Assembly (NCBI GenBank): GCA_977016875.1
Contig: CDRNST010000015.1
Coordinates: forward strand, 3,038,001 to 3,102,000
Reading direction: 5' to 3'
DNA length: 64,000 nucleotides
Origin: Pavona decussata
Lineage: Eukaryota
The notes below the pieces were generated by a model that saw nothing but the letters and a program-made list of their open reading frames with translations, searched no databases and was not told the DNA's origin. Positions 12,701-23,532 of the stretch are shown piece after piece. A program made the translations under genes and the position numbers. Each line of letters starts with the position of its first letter. Within the stretch, counting starts at the first letter, position 1.

Positions 12701-15700
12701 TCATAATTGCAATTCAAAATTGAACAATGTTTAAAATTAATATTATTGAAAGTCTTATCCCTGGCAGGGAGACTACATGGACTTGTTTGTCGTGTTTCAT
12801 CCTAGGATGACATTTCATCCCAGTGGTTTGGACACCGGGATTAAATCATCCTTGGATGAGCACATGAAACTTATCTAGTCTCAGGACAAGATCTTAGCTG
12901 GCCCCCATCAATAAGATGATGGTTAGCTTCTCTAGCTTCTGGACGTGAGTTGTTTTGTACAAGATGAGGCCTATTCTCAGGTGAAGCTGTGATCACTCTT
13001 GTACACAAGAGAAAGCCTTAATTCCTCGCAAAGCGAGGGCCGAAGGCCCGAGTGTAGCGAGGTTAATAAATTTGTCGGGCCGAAGGCCGCGCTCGGGAGC
13101 CAAGCCGTGCGAATTCGAGCCGAACATATATTTATATATATGTATGTTTATATATTTCCGTGAAGGTGTCCGTGCTGCAGTTGCCTGGCAACAGTGCGCA
13201 AACAAAGTATGAATGACGACAGACTGTCTGGCGTTGTCTGAAAAAAATTTGCATACATCGGAAAAAATATGCGTGCATGATCAAATTTCAACTGCAATGT
13301 TCATCAATATTCACTGGATACAGAACTATCTCTCCAGAATCTTTTCCCTTTCTTTTAGAAATCTTTTTTGTGAAAGATTGAATTGAAGAAATTATACGTT
13401 TTGTGGCCGCGGTAAAATAATTTTCCGTGGGAAATAAATTCATCGAACACGACAGCGCTGCACGCCTGTTGTACATTACGTCGCGTCAGAAATAGATTTT
13501 CAACCGCAGAATGACGTCAGACTGTCTGGCGTCGTGTGGAGCAAAATTTGCATACGTCGGAAAAAATATGCGTGCATGATCAAATTTCAACTGCAATGTT
13601 CATCAATATTCACTGGATACAGAACTATCTCTCCAGAATATTTTCCCTTTCTTTTAGAAATCTTTTTTGTGAAAGATTGCATTGAAGAAATTACACGTTT
13701 GTGGCCGCGCTAAAATAATTTTCCGTTGGAAATAAATTCATCGAACACGACAGCGCTGCACGCCCGTTGTAGATTACGTCGCGTCAGAAATAGATTTTCA
13801 ACCGCAAACTAGCCTGTGGAACTAACAAAAGACCATGCTCATAAAAAAAATTCCTATGCCCCTTTTAATCTCCTCATTTGATGCTACAGTACGAGTAAAG
13901 AGGGTTTTCCACCCAGCCCCAGCTTCGCGAGGTTTTGCGAGTCACGTATTTCTAGTTAGTTACATGTAGTAACAGGGCTTTCCATGCAAACTATCATAGT
14001 GGCACCATGAAGATTCATAGCTATCTTGACATTTTCAATGTGTAACACATCACTGATTTAGATGGCTGATGAAGGAAAAATGACTTATATGCTATAAGTA
14101 TTTTGAAACAAAAAGTATCAAATAATTGTAAAGAAATTAGAAAAATTTACATCAAAACATGTGGATCTACAAGCTACAGTTGTTAGTGTCAACAAGGAAG
14201 AGAGGCAAAGTGCAGTAGGGTTGCAGTACCAGCTAAGTAAACAGACCACCAAAACACTTGAATGCTTCGGTAAAGCTAACAACAGGTGGTTGTGTTTATA
14301 GAAAGGTGGGTAGAACGTTCTTGAAATTTAAGCTTACATTGGCCATTCAAATCTGGGCAGAAAACAAGAGACCGGATTATCCTACAAAAATAACAAAATA
14401 TATTTTGCAGATAATTTTACTGATTGATGGACTAGGCTAAGAAAAACACAAAGTTATTCCCATCAAAATTGCATTTGATCAATAAACCGCCGAGAACTGG
14501 TTAATTTGCATGGCGTCTAGAAACTACGGCTATCAGCTTCGTTAGTTTAAGATAAGGAAATAATTATAAAAGACGTTTTTCTGCTTCGTCCTTCATGATC
14601 CAGTATTGAAATATTGTAAAATTTGTCTCATTGAAATAAACCAAAACTTGGTTTTAAAACAATGATAACAATCCTCGTTTTTTTCAATTTAATCAGATGG
14701 CTCTGGATTGTATAAAGCTTATATAAATTCAAATCAGTTTCAAAATGGTGTCACAGTTGCTACACAACCATGCAAACATAACAAACTGCAAACTATATCT
14801 CCATATTTAATAAAGCCCTGGAAATTCTGAAATATCACAGTCTGCAACTTCGATGATGTCAAGTACAAATTTGTCTTCTAGCCTTCCAATCGATGGCCAA
14901 AACTCAATCAAGATGTGAAATATTTTGCAGAAATTGACATGCATACATGTAAGCTTAATTAAGCTTCGCATCAGACGTTCAAACCACTTGCAGGTCAACG
15001 TTTTGCCATCCAAACCGCTATTCTTTGAAAGAACCTTACCATATATGAGTCGGTTCGTCGATTCCGTAAAACCTTGTGGCAATAGTCAGTAGTAATAGGC
15101 CTCCAAAAGCTCCAAGCCGGCCGAAAACCTTGGGGTTCCCTTTCACCACTTCGTACGATGTCGCCATACTTGATCGAGATCCGTCTTTATTCGCTCGCGT
15201 TCTTTTCGTAGAAGATGGCATTTCGGACTCACTATCACTGTGTTTATCCTGCTTTTTCGTTCCTACTCCTTTTCGTGGTGTCATGATTATAATTTTAAGT
15301 TATTTCGCGGAGCTTTTCTCGTAAATCTTCCTTGCCGTGCAGCGCCCGCGTGCAGCTTTCGAACGGACGCTCTCGGCCCAGACCCTCCACTCCCAATGAT
15401 TCGCTCTGACGAAGGCCAAACGCGCGAAACGTCGGCATATTTGGTTAGCACTCGAATCTAGTCTGGATCTCTTTACAGAGGCAAAATTCATACCTTCAGT
15501 TATCAACTCTGTCGGCGAAACCAAACATTCGTTTCTAATCCCCAATGACCGAGCACCGCAGTTTCTTTAGAGACCATTAAACCCCCTTTTCCTCAACTTC
15601 TATGGCCGGGCTATACACCGTATTCACAAATGGCGGATGCGCGGGAAAAAAACTGGCACTAGGCATCAAAACGAGGCGTTTTAGGATAAACAAAAAATAA

Positions 15701-18700
15701 TTTGCGTGCGAGTACAAGTTCACAGAGAGACTATTTAGCTGATAAGCTCCTAAACAGCAAGTTTTTCAGATCGCTGGTTTTATTCCGAACGAGAGTGGTC
15801 TAGTGTTTCTTGGATCGTTTCTTGTTGCAATCGTAAATGCAAAATAGACAATCACGGAAACAAATCGGTTAGAGTTTTTGTTTCCGAAGGATTCAGCTTT
15901 CGAGCGCGGACGATAGAGATACAATGTACTACAGAAGTTTGTTTGGTATGTCTTTCGGAATCCGAAGGTAAGATAGGTCTTGAAGGAAACAAAATGAACA
16001 TACAAAAGGATGCATTTCTAACGAGAGTCGCGTGATCAACTTCGTATCGGACGTTGGCGTTCCGAGCGCAAGAGAGACTACAACCATTTGCCTAAACCGC
16101 TATAATGCCAAGAAAAAAAAAAAGACGAAGACAACAACGAAAAGACGTGAAGGATGTGGAGAGAAACGGCTGGACGAATAATTTAAAAAGAAGCAACAGA
16201 TGAACCAAGACTTGTCTGTTTCGATTTATTTGTATTGTAGCCGTACTGTAAACAACAAGCAGAGAATGCAGTCCCTCAAAATTCATAATTTGTTAAATCA
16301 ATCAAGTCAGCAAAATCCAACCGGCTGTTTAATAATGGAACAAGCTCAGAAGGATCATTTCTTGCCTGAATGAGAAAATTGTATTCCGTGAAACAAGGGC
16401 TAGAGAACACAGCATTGTGGCTTTTTAACCGGCATTTCGGTTGAAATCAATAAAGATTTGCATACTTAATTAGGTAATTTGTCAGAATTAGATTATCGTA
16501 TTTCGCTTTACATTGGGTTCCTAAACTTGCCATTCCTTAACGCATTTGAGAGTGACATTCCTCAATTTCCTTGCAGGATTGTTTTCTTAAAATTGATACC
16601 TTACTTCCAGTAGTTCCTCTTGACTTTGGTAACTGCCACATTTTCAATGACTTGCATGAATCTTGGCCAATCTTGCGATGCATGATATCTTTTTTATTTC
16701 GGGGAAAAAGCGCCTAAAAGGTACCGAAATATTTAAGTCTTGGCTCACATATTGCTTCCTTAGTTAAACTTTTTTTTCAGTAGCTTCCCTCCACCTCCTT
16801 TTGTTTTCGTTTTTTAGGCATTAGAGCTGTTCACAATAGTAGGAGTCGGTTTTTGTAGCTTTTGTGATCGGAACTTCCGATTAGTAATCACCACGCAACC
16901 TTCTTTGGAACTGCGTCCGTTTGTAGATTCATTTTCTTTCCTTCGAAACCTGTTTTAATTCCCTTTCCAAAAAATGCATTGAATAAACCTTTGTGGCTCC
17001 TGCTAGAGTGAAGATCTTTCTAACAACTTTTCATATTTTCTGTAGACATTACACTCGAAGGTTTGAAACAAACAATCTAACTCAGTTTTTTCCTGTGAGT
17101 GTCTAGTTTGCATTTGAGATTGCTAGAAGAAGCCAACCAATAAATAATAAATACTAGAAGTTGAACTCGTTCGGACTAAGTGACCAGAAGGACTCAATTT
17201 TTAGAAAGTCAGCACTTATCGACCCTCTAGAAGCTTACATTCTCTGCATTCACTGGAAATTTTTTTTGTTTATCCTAAAACGCCTCGTTTTGATGCGTAG
17301 TGCCAGTCTTTTCCGCGCGTGTCCGCCATTTGTGAATACGGTGTATAATGACTTTTATTTTCGTTCATTTTTCATTTTTTTTCTTCGTTCAAGTTCATCT
17401 TCTTTTTGAGGTTTGTGTTGCAAACCGAAATATTGGGCTAATTTGTTATAATTTATTTCAGTTGTTCTAGTCACTTTGTTTATTTTTCGCCACCACCGCC
17501 GTTAGGATTAGTCTGCCGTTGCATATGAAATGCTGGATTTTTTCTGTAAACTTTGCGGGAAAGCAGAACAACATGCAGCAGGATAAGGCAGGTAGAAGAT
17601 TTCAAACACTGCCCTCTCTCGGCTGATAAAAAAACTTACGCAATCGTATCATCCTCAAGGCCTATTCATGTGATCCCGATCAACCAGGGATGGCAGGCCC
17701 AGTCGAGAGTCTCGCCTCACTACCCAGCCCGGTCAAAGTACAGCTCGGTAACCGCGCGAAGCGATTCAACTGATTAACGTATAATTGGCCTTTAAAAGTC
17801 TTCGACGCTGATACTGACACTGCCAAGAACTTGGAGCGGTGGAGATGGCAAAACCTCATGTGGACCAGTTGACTGATGATTTCGACAAACTTTTAAGAAT
17901 CGCTTTCAGATTTCCCATATTATGAACAGAAGACACATTTCCCCACTAATTAAACTGGGCCAGCACGGTTAACATGTACTGGCTCATGTGAAGAGTGCCT
18001 TAACTAGAAATGTTTCAGACTTATTTGAGCGCGCACGAATTGAGCGTTAGCTCACTAGCTCCTCTGTTGAAAGAAAGTTCTGAATAAGTGTCACGGGAAT
18101 GATAACTTTTGCCATTGAAATGTTTCGTACGACAAGGCCAAGGTAATTCTGAGTTACAAAATGGTAAACGTCCTTTATCTTTTTTGACATTAATTTTACT
18201 TATTTCCTTAATTTACCGTTACCTTTAACACATACACATCATTAAAAAGGAGGAATGATCACGTCCTCGCCACAGATACAGTCAAACTTGATCTTTCTGA
18301 GAAAGATCATATTTGACCGTATCTCCGGCTAAAGCCAGTTTCAAACAATAAAAATATGACCGTGGCGAAAAAAGCTTCATGCTAGCCATTGTATTATGCT
18401 CAGTTCTAATGATATTTTTTCCGTAAGACGAAAGCCCCGTAGTAGAGCAGTAAAAAAGATTCCCCTTCAGGAATCATCACCTTCGGGCGCGGATCATTTC
18501 GTCCAAGGCGACCCGGCATTGTCGGATTTCACCTTGCAGATGAAATTGCACCAGAAGACCGAGTGACGTTTTTTTTCAGTTCACGCTTTTGAATCAACGC
18601 CAAATGGATTTGCAGTGGTGACTTAAGTTTTAATCACGATCAAATGCGACTTCCCTTCGCCCTAGCATGTGCCATAGAACAAGAAGATGTACAGTCGACT

Positions 18701-20981
18701 CCCGATAACTCGAACCTTCAAGGGAAATTGAAAAAGGTTCGAGTTATCGGGAGTTCGAGTTATCGAGGGTAAAATTATATAGAAAATGACCTGAAAGGAA
18801 AGGAAAATTGGTTCGAGTTAGCGCGAGGTTCGAGTTAGCGAGGGTTCGAGTTATCGGGAGACGACTGTATATAACGAAGCTATCCCTTCTGGATTTTCTC
18901 GGCTACTGAAGACAACAAACATTACAAGCTGGGTGTTTTTGAGGTCACGTGACGAAAACTTAACACGATACCAAACTGCTTGCTAAGTTTCGAGAAAATT
19001 GGAAGCATACTTCCCTTTCAAGTCAAAGTCTTTTGTGTTTAAGGCCTTTCAAGTGAAAGTATGCTAAATTACCAGCAAAGTCAAGCTTATTTTAGTTGGG
19101 TGGTTGTATTTTTCCCATATGGAACATGAAATCCAGATTCAAAATGATATTGAATCTTCGTGCACTAGACTAAAAAAGGAAATCTGATACTCTTGATCAT
19201 CATTGCTTAATGTTTGTTTTGAATTTTGCGTGATATTTATATCTAAGGATCCTCGGTGAAAAAGAAAGACCAATTTTGTCTTTTTAGAAATCTGTTCCAT
19301 ACCAAAAGAGAACTCAACATAAAATTTACCAGTTGTTAACCGTCCTTCGCGTCCGATAAAAAGTGAACTATTCGAAGGTTTTCCCTCATTTCGAAACTCG
19401 CTTGATAGGATTCCAGTCTTGTTGGTTTGGAGCACTGTGCATGTCATAATTTTGGCACACTGAGTTTCAACCATTACGTATACATGACTTGCGGCAAATT
19501 TCCCGTCATAAACTTGAATAGCCCTTTTTCTTGCTATTACGTGTGAGCTGATTCAGCTTGAGACACAATAAAAAAGTAAACGTCGATGGCGATAATCAAG
19601 TTCAAAGATACTATTTCGTGGTAATATTTTATAGAATTTGTCACCTTGCCAACTTCAAGTATTCTTCCACCAGAACACTAGTTTTTCTACACAGAACTGT
19701 TGACGTAAGAGAGGGCAATTTTCACTGTCTTTTTCTCGTTTTGCAGTCTTTTGTGGCGGTCTTTTGACTGTCTTTTGACATTTCAACTGTTTAAACGAGT
19801 CAAACATAATTTATTGTACCCTTTGCTATTCTTATTGTAGATCGCGAGACTAATTTATCAATTGTATTATTGCACCTGGACTTCATTACTAACAGAAGTC
19901 TGAATCGTTACTGGTATTTTTCTATCCTTTTTCGTCTTGAGAGCGAAACTTTTATCTCTACCAGCTTGGCTTAAAAAAAAATTGCTCCTATCTTGTCGTG
20001 TAAGTGCCGATAAAAAGGCATTCAAAGTCTGTCGAGTATTAATTTTTTTAAATGCGCAAACCGGAGGTAGTTGGTGGTAAACTGCTTTGTCTTGTAAGCG
20101 GTATCTTACCACAACGCACTGCGGGAAATTTTTGTAAGGTCATCAGTATAAGAGAAATCTGCAATATTTCGGAATGTTTCAAGGTACAAAGAATACGTTG
20201 AAATGTCATATGCATTATAACAAGACTGCCGCGGGTCTAATGTACCTTTCTGGCACCTAAAACCTAGCCAACCTCATCACGCAGCTGGTTAATAAAACAA
20301 AGCCTTGATCTATGATGAGCCAGGTAACTTTTTGCTAGAAGTAATTCATTAAGAACTTTAAATTTTCAGCATTTTGCGTGTCAAAAACGATCAATGTGGA
20401 CAGCGGAATTAAAAGACGTGTGTTAGGCTTCCTGTTTTATAAACCCTAAAATATTCTAGGTCTGAGAAGAAAAAGTAAGGTCGGTAAGATTATCGGAACT
20501 GTAATAAACCTTTTGTAGTAGACCAATGAATAATTGATACGCCGACTAAAATTAACAGACATTTGCATGGAATATTATGATTATGTACTTACCAGATGTG
20601 CGTCGGAAAGCTCACGTTGACAAATCTCGTGGCAAACGCAAGCCCCACAGCACAAAAGAACGACATCAATTTTATCACCCAAGGAGTTTTGCCATTATTA
20701 ACAACTGACAGCCACTTTGAGACGAGCGATTTATGCTGCTCCTTCCTGCTCGGCGGTTTAGTCTTAAGAACAGCCCTTTTAAGATCGGCTTTAGTTCTGT
20801 TCGGCGCCTTGACGGTCTTTCTGTTCCGAACATCGCCGTTTTGATGCTTTTCATCCTGTACTGGTTTTGTTTCATTCTCCTTTTCGCTCGTCTCTCTGCC
20901 GTTTTCATGTAAATCGTCGTCTTTTTTGACATCGCCGTTTTGTTGGCCATTGTTTTCTTCAGCACTCACTTCCGATCCCAT
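653..20981 (-). CDS. POMT2: Protein O-mannosyltransferase 2, 5' part; multi-exon, continues beyond the left edge of the window
   Basis: Manually spliced GT-AG exons with consistent phases: alt exon 1a 20593-20981 or 1b 15040-15284; alt exon 2a 11648-11732 or 2b 11526-11610; then 9825-9929, 8734-8842, 8370-8478, 7817-7882, 7113-7206, 3851-3957, 3170-3252, 2586-2695, 1243-1309, 653-713. Translation has the POMT2/PMT2 hallmarks [48 protein letters not shown], and the start of the MIR domain ([32 protein letters not shown]). Confidence 0.96.
1243..1309 (-). CDS. POMT2: POMT2 exon 11 ([22 protein letters not shown])
   Basis: tag|...|gtaagt, 67 nt, phase 0-1. Confidence 0.92.
1790..1940 (+). mobile_element. 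Degenerate tRNA-derived repeat/SINE fragment
   Basis: tagctcagtggtcaagc (A box) ... gggtttgactc (B box-like) at about 1834-1887; no intact cloverleaf. Confidence 0.55.
2586..2695 (-). CDS. POMT2: POMT2 exon 10 ([37 protein letters not shown]; start of MIR domain)
   Basis: tag|...|gtaag, 110 nt, phase 1-0. Confidence 0.93.
3170..3252 (-). CDS. POMT2: POMT2 exon 9 ([27 protein letters not shown])
   Basis: cag|...|gtttgt, 83 nt, phase 2-1. Confidence 0.92.
3851..3957 (-). CDS. POMT2: POMT2 exon 8 ([35 protein letters not shown])
   Basis: tag|...|gtaagt, 107 nt, phase 0-2. Confidence 0.92.
4363..4475 (+). repeat. 37-bp tandem repeat x3 (ttcagaaagcacgaaagcacattcgaaagcaccagta)
   Basis: Seen directly; lies in the 5' leader of the THAP ORF. 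Confidence 0.9.
4476..4710 (+). pseudogene. Frameshifted THAP zinc-finger N-terminus of the transposase
   Basis: [28 protein letters not shown] / [34 protein letters not shown]: THAP C..C..W..CSxHF signature, split by a frameshift near 4605. Confidence 0.8.
6260..6814. mobile_element. Tc1/mariner-type MITE with TA TSD, containing a nested hairpin MITE
   Basis: ta|ccgtccgttgcatctaagcgtg ... cacgcttagatgcaaccgatgg|ta. Confidence 0.75.
6320..6479. mobile_element. 160-bp palindromic MITE with TGT...ACA ends and 4-bp TSD (caaa); Ginger-like ends
   Basis: Near-perfect ~65-bp inverted arms; caaa at 6316-6319 and 6480-6483. Confidence 0.75.
7113..7206 (-). CDS. POMT2: POMT2 exon 7 ([31 protein letters not shown])
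   Basis: tag|...|gttggt, 94 nt, phase 2-0. Confidence 0.9.
7817..7882 (-). CDS. POMT2: POMT2 exon 6 ([21 protein letters not shown])
   Basis: tag|...|gttggt, 66 nt, phase 2-2. Confidence 0.88.
   Translation of the reverse strand, partial: PIQFSLVGLDDCFRNVFILCI
8370..8478 (-). CDS. POMT2: POMT2 exon 5 ([36 protein letters not shown])
   Basis: cag|...|gtaagt, 109 nt, phase 1-2. Confidence 0.93.
8734..8842 (-). CDS. POMT2: POMT2 exon 4 ([36 protein letters not shown])
   Basis: tag|...|gtaagt, 109 nt, phase 0-1. Confidence 0.93.
8894..9172 (-). mobile_element. tRNA-derived SINE, near full length
   Basis: Head ggcgcagtggtgagagc...ggttcaattccc, body ccaacatttccaaattccaattcga, (ttta)n tail; 12-bp TSD cacacatttgta at 8882-8893 and 9189-9200. 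Confidence 0.85.
9488..9583. mobile_element. Short TAGCC...GGCTA hairpin MITE
   Basis: TIR tagcctgtgagcaggct / agcctgctcacaggcta; imperfect 9-bp TSD tccctaatg / tccctaaat. Confidence 0.7.
9825..9929 (-). CDS. POMT2: POMT2 exon 3 ([35 protein letters not shown])
   Basis: cag|...|gtaagt, 105 nt, phase 0-0. Confidence 0.93.
10180..10470 (+). mobile_element. Degenerate tRNA-derived SINE
   Basis: ggtagtgtagtggttagc head, ggttcaagg B-box-like, body tgtaaatggtactgg...gggtaacct...catccagggagg. Confidence 0.5.
10500..11501. mobile_element. Non-autonomous hAT-like element ending 24 nt from the exon 2b donor
   Basis: TIR caggacttctgata / taccagaagccctg, repeated subterminal attatgcg motifs; imperfect TSD (actatta / actataa). 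Confidence 0.6.
11526..11610 (-). CDS. POMT2: POMT2 exon 2b (85 nt; [29 protein letters not shown])
   Basis: Acceptor ttcttcttgcag; donor AAG|GTAAAC; phase 2 to 0; 72/85 nt identical to exon 2a. Confidence 0.88.
11648..11732 (-). CDS. POMT2: POMT2 exon 2a (85 nt; [29 protein letters not shown])
   Basis: Acceptor tacttgcag with upstream gctaat branch-like motif; donor AAG|GTAAAC; phase 2 to 0. Confidence 0.9.
12530..12809. repeat. 140-bp tandem duplication x2
   Basis: gggctaaaatgttaattactgctcc... at 12530 and 12670. Confidence 0.9.
13018..13956 (+). mobile_element. Helentron/Helitron-like non-autonomous element with an internal ~298-bp tandem duplication (13211-13807)
   Basis: 5' hairpin cctcgc-aaa-gcgagg, complementary 3' subterminal gcttcgcgagg, terminal ctagt; the internal duplication is seen directly. 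Confidence 0.6.
15040..15284 (-). CDS. POMT2: POMT2 alternative first coding exon 1b (81 codons + 2 nt; short cytosolic tail, TM1, ATRF...PTHI)
   Basis: In-frame TAA 6 codons upstream of the ATG; ends CAT ATA TG|GTAAGG (phase 2); encodes ...[19 protein letters not shown]. Confidence 0.9.
15400..15590 (+). mobile_element. Penelope-like element fragment with a degenerate minimal type I hammerhead ribozyme motif (15403-15436)
   Basis: gct-CTGACGA-aggccaaacgcgc-GAAA-cgTC-ggc, followed by ttatcaactctgtcggcgaaaccaaa...gcaccgcagtttctttaga as recalled for cnidarian Penelope-associated repeats. Confidence 0.6.
15612..17347. mobile_element. 1.7-kb non-autonomous DNA transposon with ~85-bp TIRs, between POMT2 exons 1a and 1b
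   Basis: tatacaccgtattcacaaatggcgga...aaaacgaggcgttttaggataaacaaaaa and its reverse complement at about 17260-17347; superfamily uncertain (Academ-like ends). Confidence 0.8.
18692..18867. mobile_element. pogo/Tigger-like MITE with TA TSD
   Basis: ta|cagtcgactcccgataactcgaacc ... ggttcgagttatcgggagacgactg|ta. Confidence 0.85.
20593..20981 (-). CDS. POMT2: POMT2 alternative first coding exon 1a (129 codons + 2 nt; long cytosolic tail, TM1, ATRF...PTHI)
   Basis: aaacATGg start; ends CAC ATC TG|GTAAGT (phase 2); encodes ...[16 protein letters not shown], matching the POMT2 TM1/loop-1 junction. Confidence 0.9.
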
Positions 20982-22045
20982 GTTTGTTAGATAATCATCG
21001 GCGTAAAAGCGACAAACTTCGGACAGGTTATTTTGGCCGCCAAGCGCGGAAGCAAAGACTATCCACGTCGCGGTTGTCTTTTATTTCATTTAAATTCAAA
21101 ATTACACGTTAACATTAGTTTACGATCACTGTATGATGACATTCCATGGGGATCTCTTTCATGTCTCCATGGTTACTGTGCCAGGCAAGCGTTTGCCCTG
21201 CGCTTTCTATCTTTTTGGGAATACACAGTTTTAATAAGAAGGGTCTGTTGCCATGGCCACGAACGTCCCCATTTTAAAGAAACGAGAAATTCTATAGTTC
21301 GGCAGTCTTTTGAATCAAAATTATTTTGGACAGTTTATTTAGCTTTTTCTGAGACAAGGACCCTCTAAAGGACCACCTTCTTCAAAACTAAGGCCCTGCG
21401 TAAATTTTAAGAGACCTGGTGGAAAATGCTTCTCACCGCTTCTGTTTCTCTAAATTGCCGAGTTTTGTGTTTTTCTTCTTTTCGTTGTTTATTTTAGTAT
21501 TTATTTTTTCTTTTTGACTTTGTTCAGCCGTTTGTCATTTGCCTGCGTTGATCTGTTTTACCTACTCCGACGAATTTCCGGGTTTGTTCGCGCATTTAAT
21601 TATGGGACCGTTTGAAGCGTGCGCACTGGAGGTATAAATGTACAACCTCGTTCCCAGGTTTAACCCTTGTAAATTTATTGGAAGGGGCGCCCCTCCCAAT
21701 TTACAAGGGTTAAACCTCTGGGTCACCCAACGGCTCACTTCCGTGATGGTGGATTATGAGTTTGCGATCGGAAATTCGGATCTTAAGTTGTAAAGAACTT
21801 GAAATCTGCGCTTTTCTTCAGCAAAATTTCTGCTAAAAAATTTCGTTACAATGGAGAACTAATTCCGTTCGTTTTTGAAGGGACAAATACGTTGTTAAAA
21901 ATGTTAAAAAAGGCCAGCAAGAATTTTTCGCATAACCAAAAACAGCTCGTTTATTCAGGGAATAAAATTCTGTTTCCAAAAACCTTTTTGTCAGCTAAAG
22001 CACCCAAACAGATATGAGCTCTCACAAATATGTCTTAAAAGCCCC

Positions 22046-22077
<32 letters not shown>

Positions 22078-22454
22078 AAACGATCTTGTAATACTGACAT
22101 TTTGATTATTTTGATTAAATGTTTTCTGTGGGTGTTCCCGAATTCTCTGTCAGAACGTGCACTTTTTCTTGTGACTTCAAGACAACTACCACCAGTTGGA
22201 CTGTTGCAAAAATGGACAGTTTTCTTGATACGAGAAGGTATAAGTTCGGTATGATAATTTTACTCATAAATATATCAACTGTTTTCCCTGTCTCATCGTT
22301 TGCTAGCTCAGCGTTCTGGTCTAATTAATTTTACAAGTCCGGGGACAAAATTATGGTTAGTTTCAATTTATGCCACTCCTCAGTATGGCGAAGACCTCCG
22401 CAATCGAAATGTGGCTCTTTTGAATCTTTGAGTCTGAGGGTCGGTGAAATCTTG

Positions 22455-23010
22455 CGGTATGAAAGCTACTGAGCAGTACTTTCCTGTGGCAGCAACTATT
22501 CAAATTCAAGATATTTAACCATATTTTCCCATCGTACGTGCTGGGCTCTTTCTAAATGTAAGTTTTGAGTCTTGAAAGCTGAGGAGTACTTTCCTGTGGT
22601 ACTGTTTATTATGCTGTACAAGGTGTTGTTATATACTGGAGCAGAACTGATCTGAACTGAAAAGGAGTATTCTGATTGGCTCCCTGAGTAGTCTGAATTT
22701 TCCTATACGGACCGCTAGTGTTACAACGTACGTTTCAAAGGAGCAAAGTGTTTCAATTTTGACAAAAAACAAAGAAAAATGTTTAAATTAAGATTATGAA
22801 GTAGGAACTGTTCAAACAGTCATGTTGGAGTTTTTACTTTCTCGCACTTTTTCTTGGATTGCGTGAACGTAAACAAGTTTCATGCGGACTAAAAAGCAAC
22901 AAGCAGTAAGTCTATACTATAAAAACCTTCTTGAACTAGCTTGTTCGGTCCGTATCCCAATACGGACCTCATGCTAGTTCAATAACACATATGTTCTAAC
23001 TTTTGGGTGT
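22455..23010 (+). repeat. Coral ~110-bp interspersed repeat (gaaagctactgagcagtactttcctgtgg...) interrupted by a Crypton-like insert (~22627-22990)
   Basis: Repeat units at 22461 and 22575; the same family recurs at 29355-29640; the insert carries an attctgattggc motif. Confidence 0.55.
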
Positions 23011-23187
23011 GTGCTAAGTGAAAAAAGAAATCTGTTGCAATAATTATTAGTTGGATCATGACCATCCAAAATTCATTCAAGGGATCAGTATACTATACCG
23101 GCCTCATACAGCATACTAAATAACACCACGGTAAAGTACTGCTGAGATGTATAGTTTATAACACAAGTGCAGAGCCCGTGGTTTGCT

Positions 23188-23352
23188 AATAGGCCATTTC
23201 TGAGTTGCTGTGAACCTCACTATGAAAGCGAGGCTAAGTGAAAAACTTTTCATAGGAAAATTAGTTTTGTTTGCATATGAATATAAACTAATTTTCATTA
23301 ACAAAAACTTTGCACTTAGCCTAGCTTTCATAATCAGGTTCAAAGCAACTCA
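23188..23352. mobile_element. Palindromic MITE (aataggccattt...)
   Basis: Internal inverted symmetry tatgaaagcgaggctaagtg / cacttagcctagctttcata; right end truncated. Confidence 0.6.
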
Positions 23353-23532
23353 TTGCTGTCATCGTCTTCGTTGCTTAAGGTCCCTATTGACAGGTTTAAT
23401 ACCTGTTTAATGGCAAGTTACACATCTTAGTCCTCCTTTCACAAATACAGGCCCCCTAAAATCTCATTGGCCAATTTCTCCAACAAATTCTCCTTTTGTT
23501 GGATCATTTACACTATATCTGCTCCAGACTAA

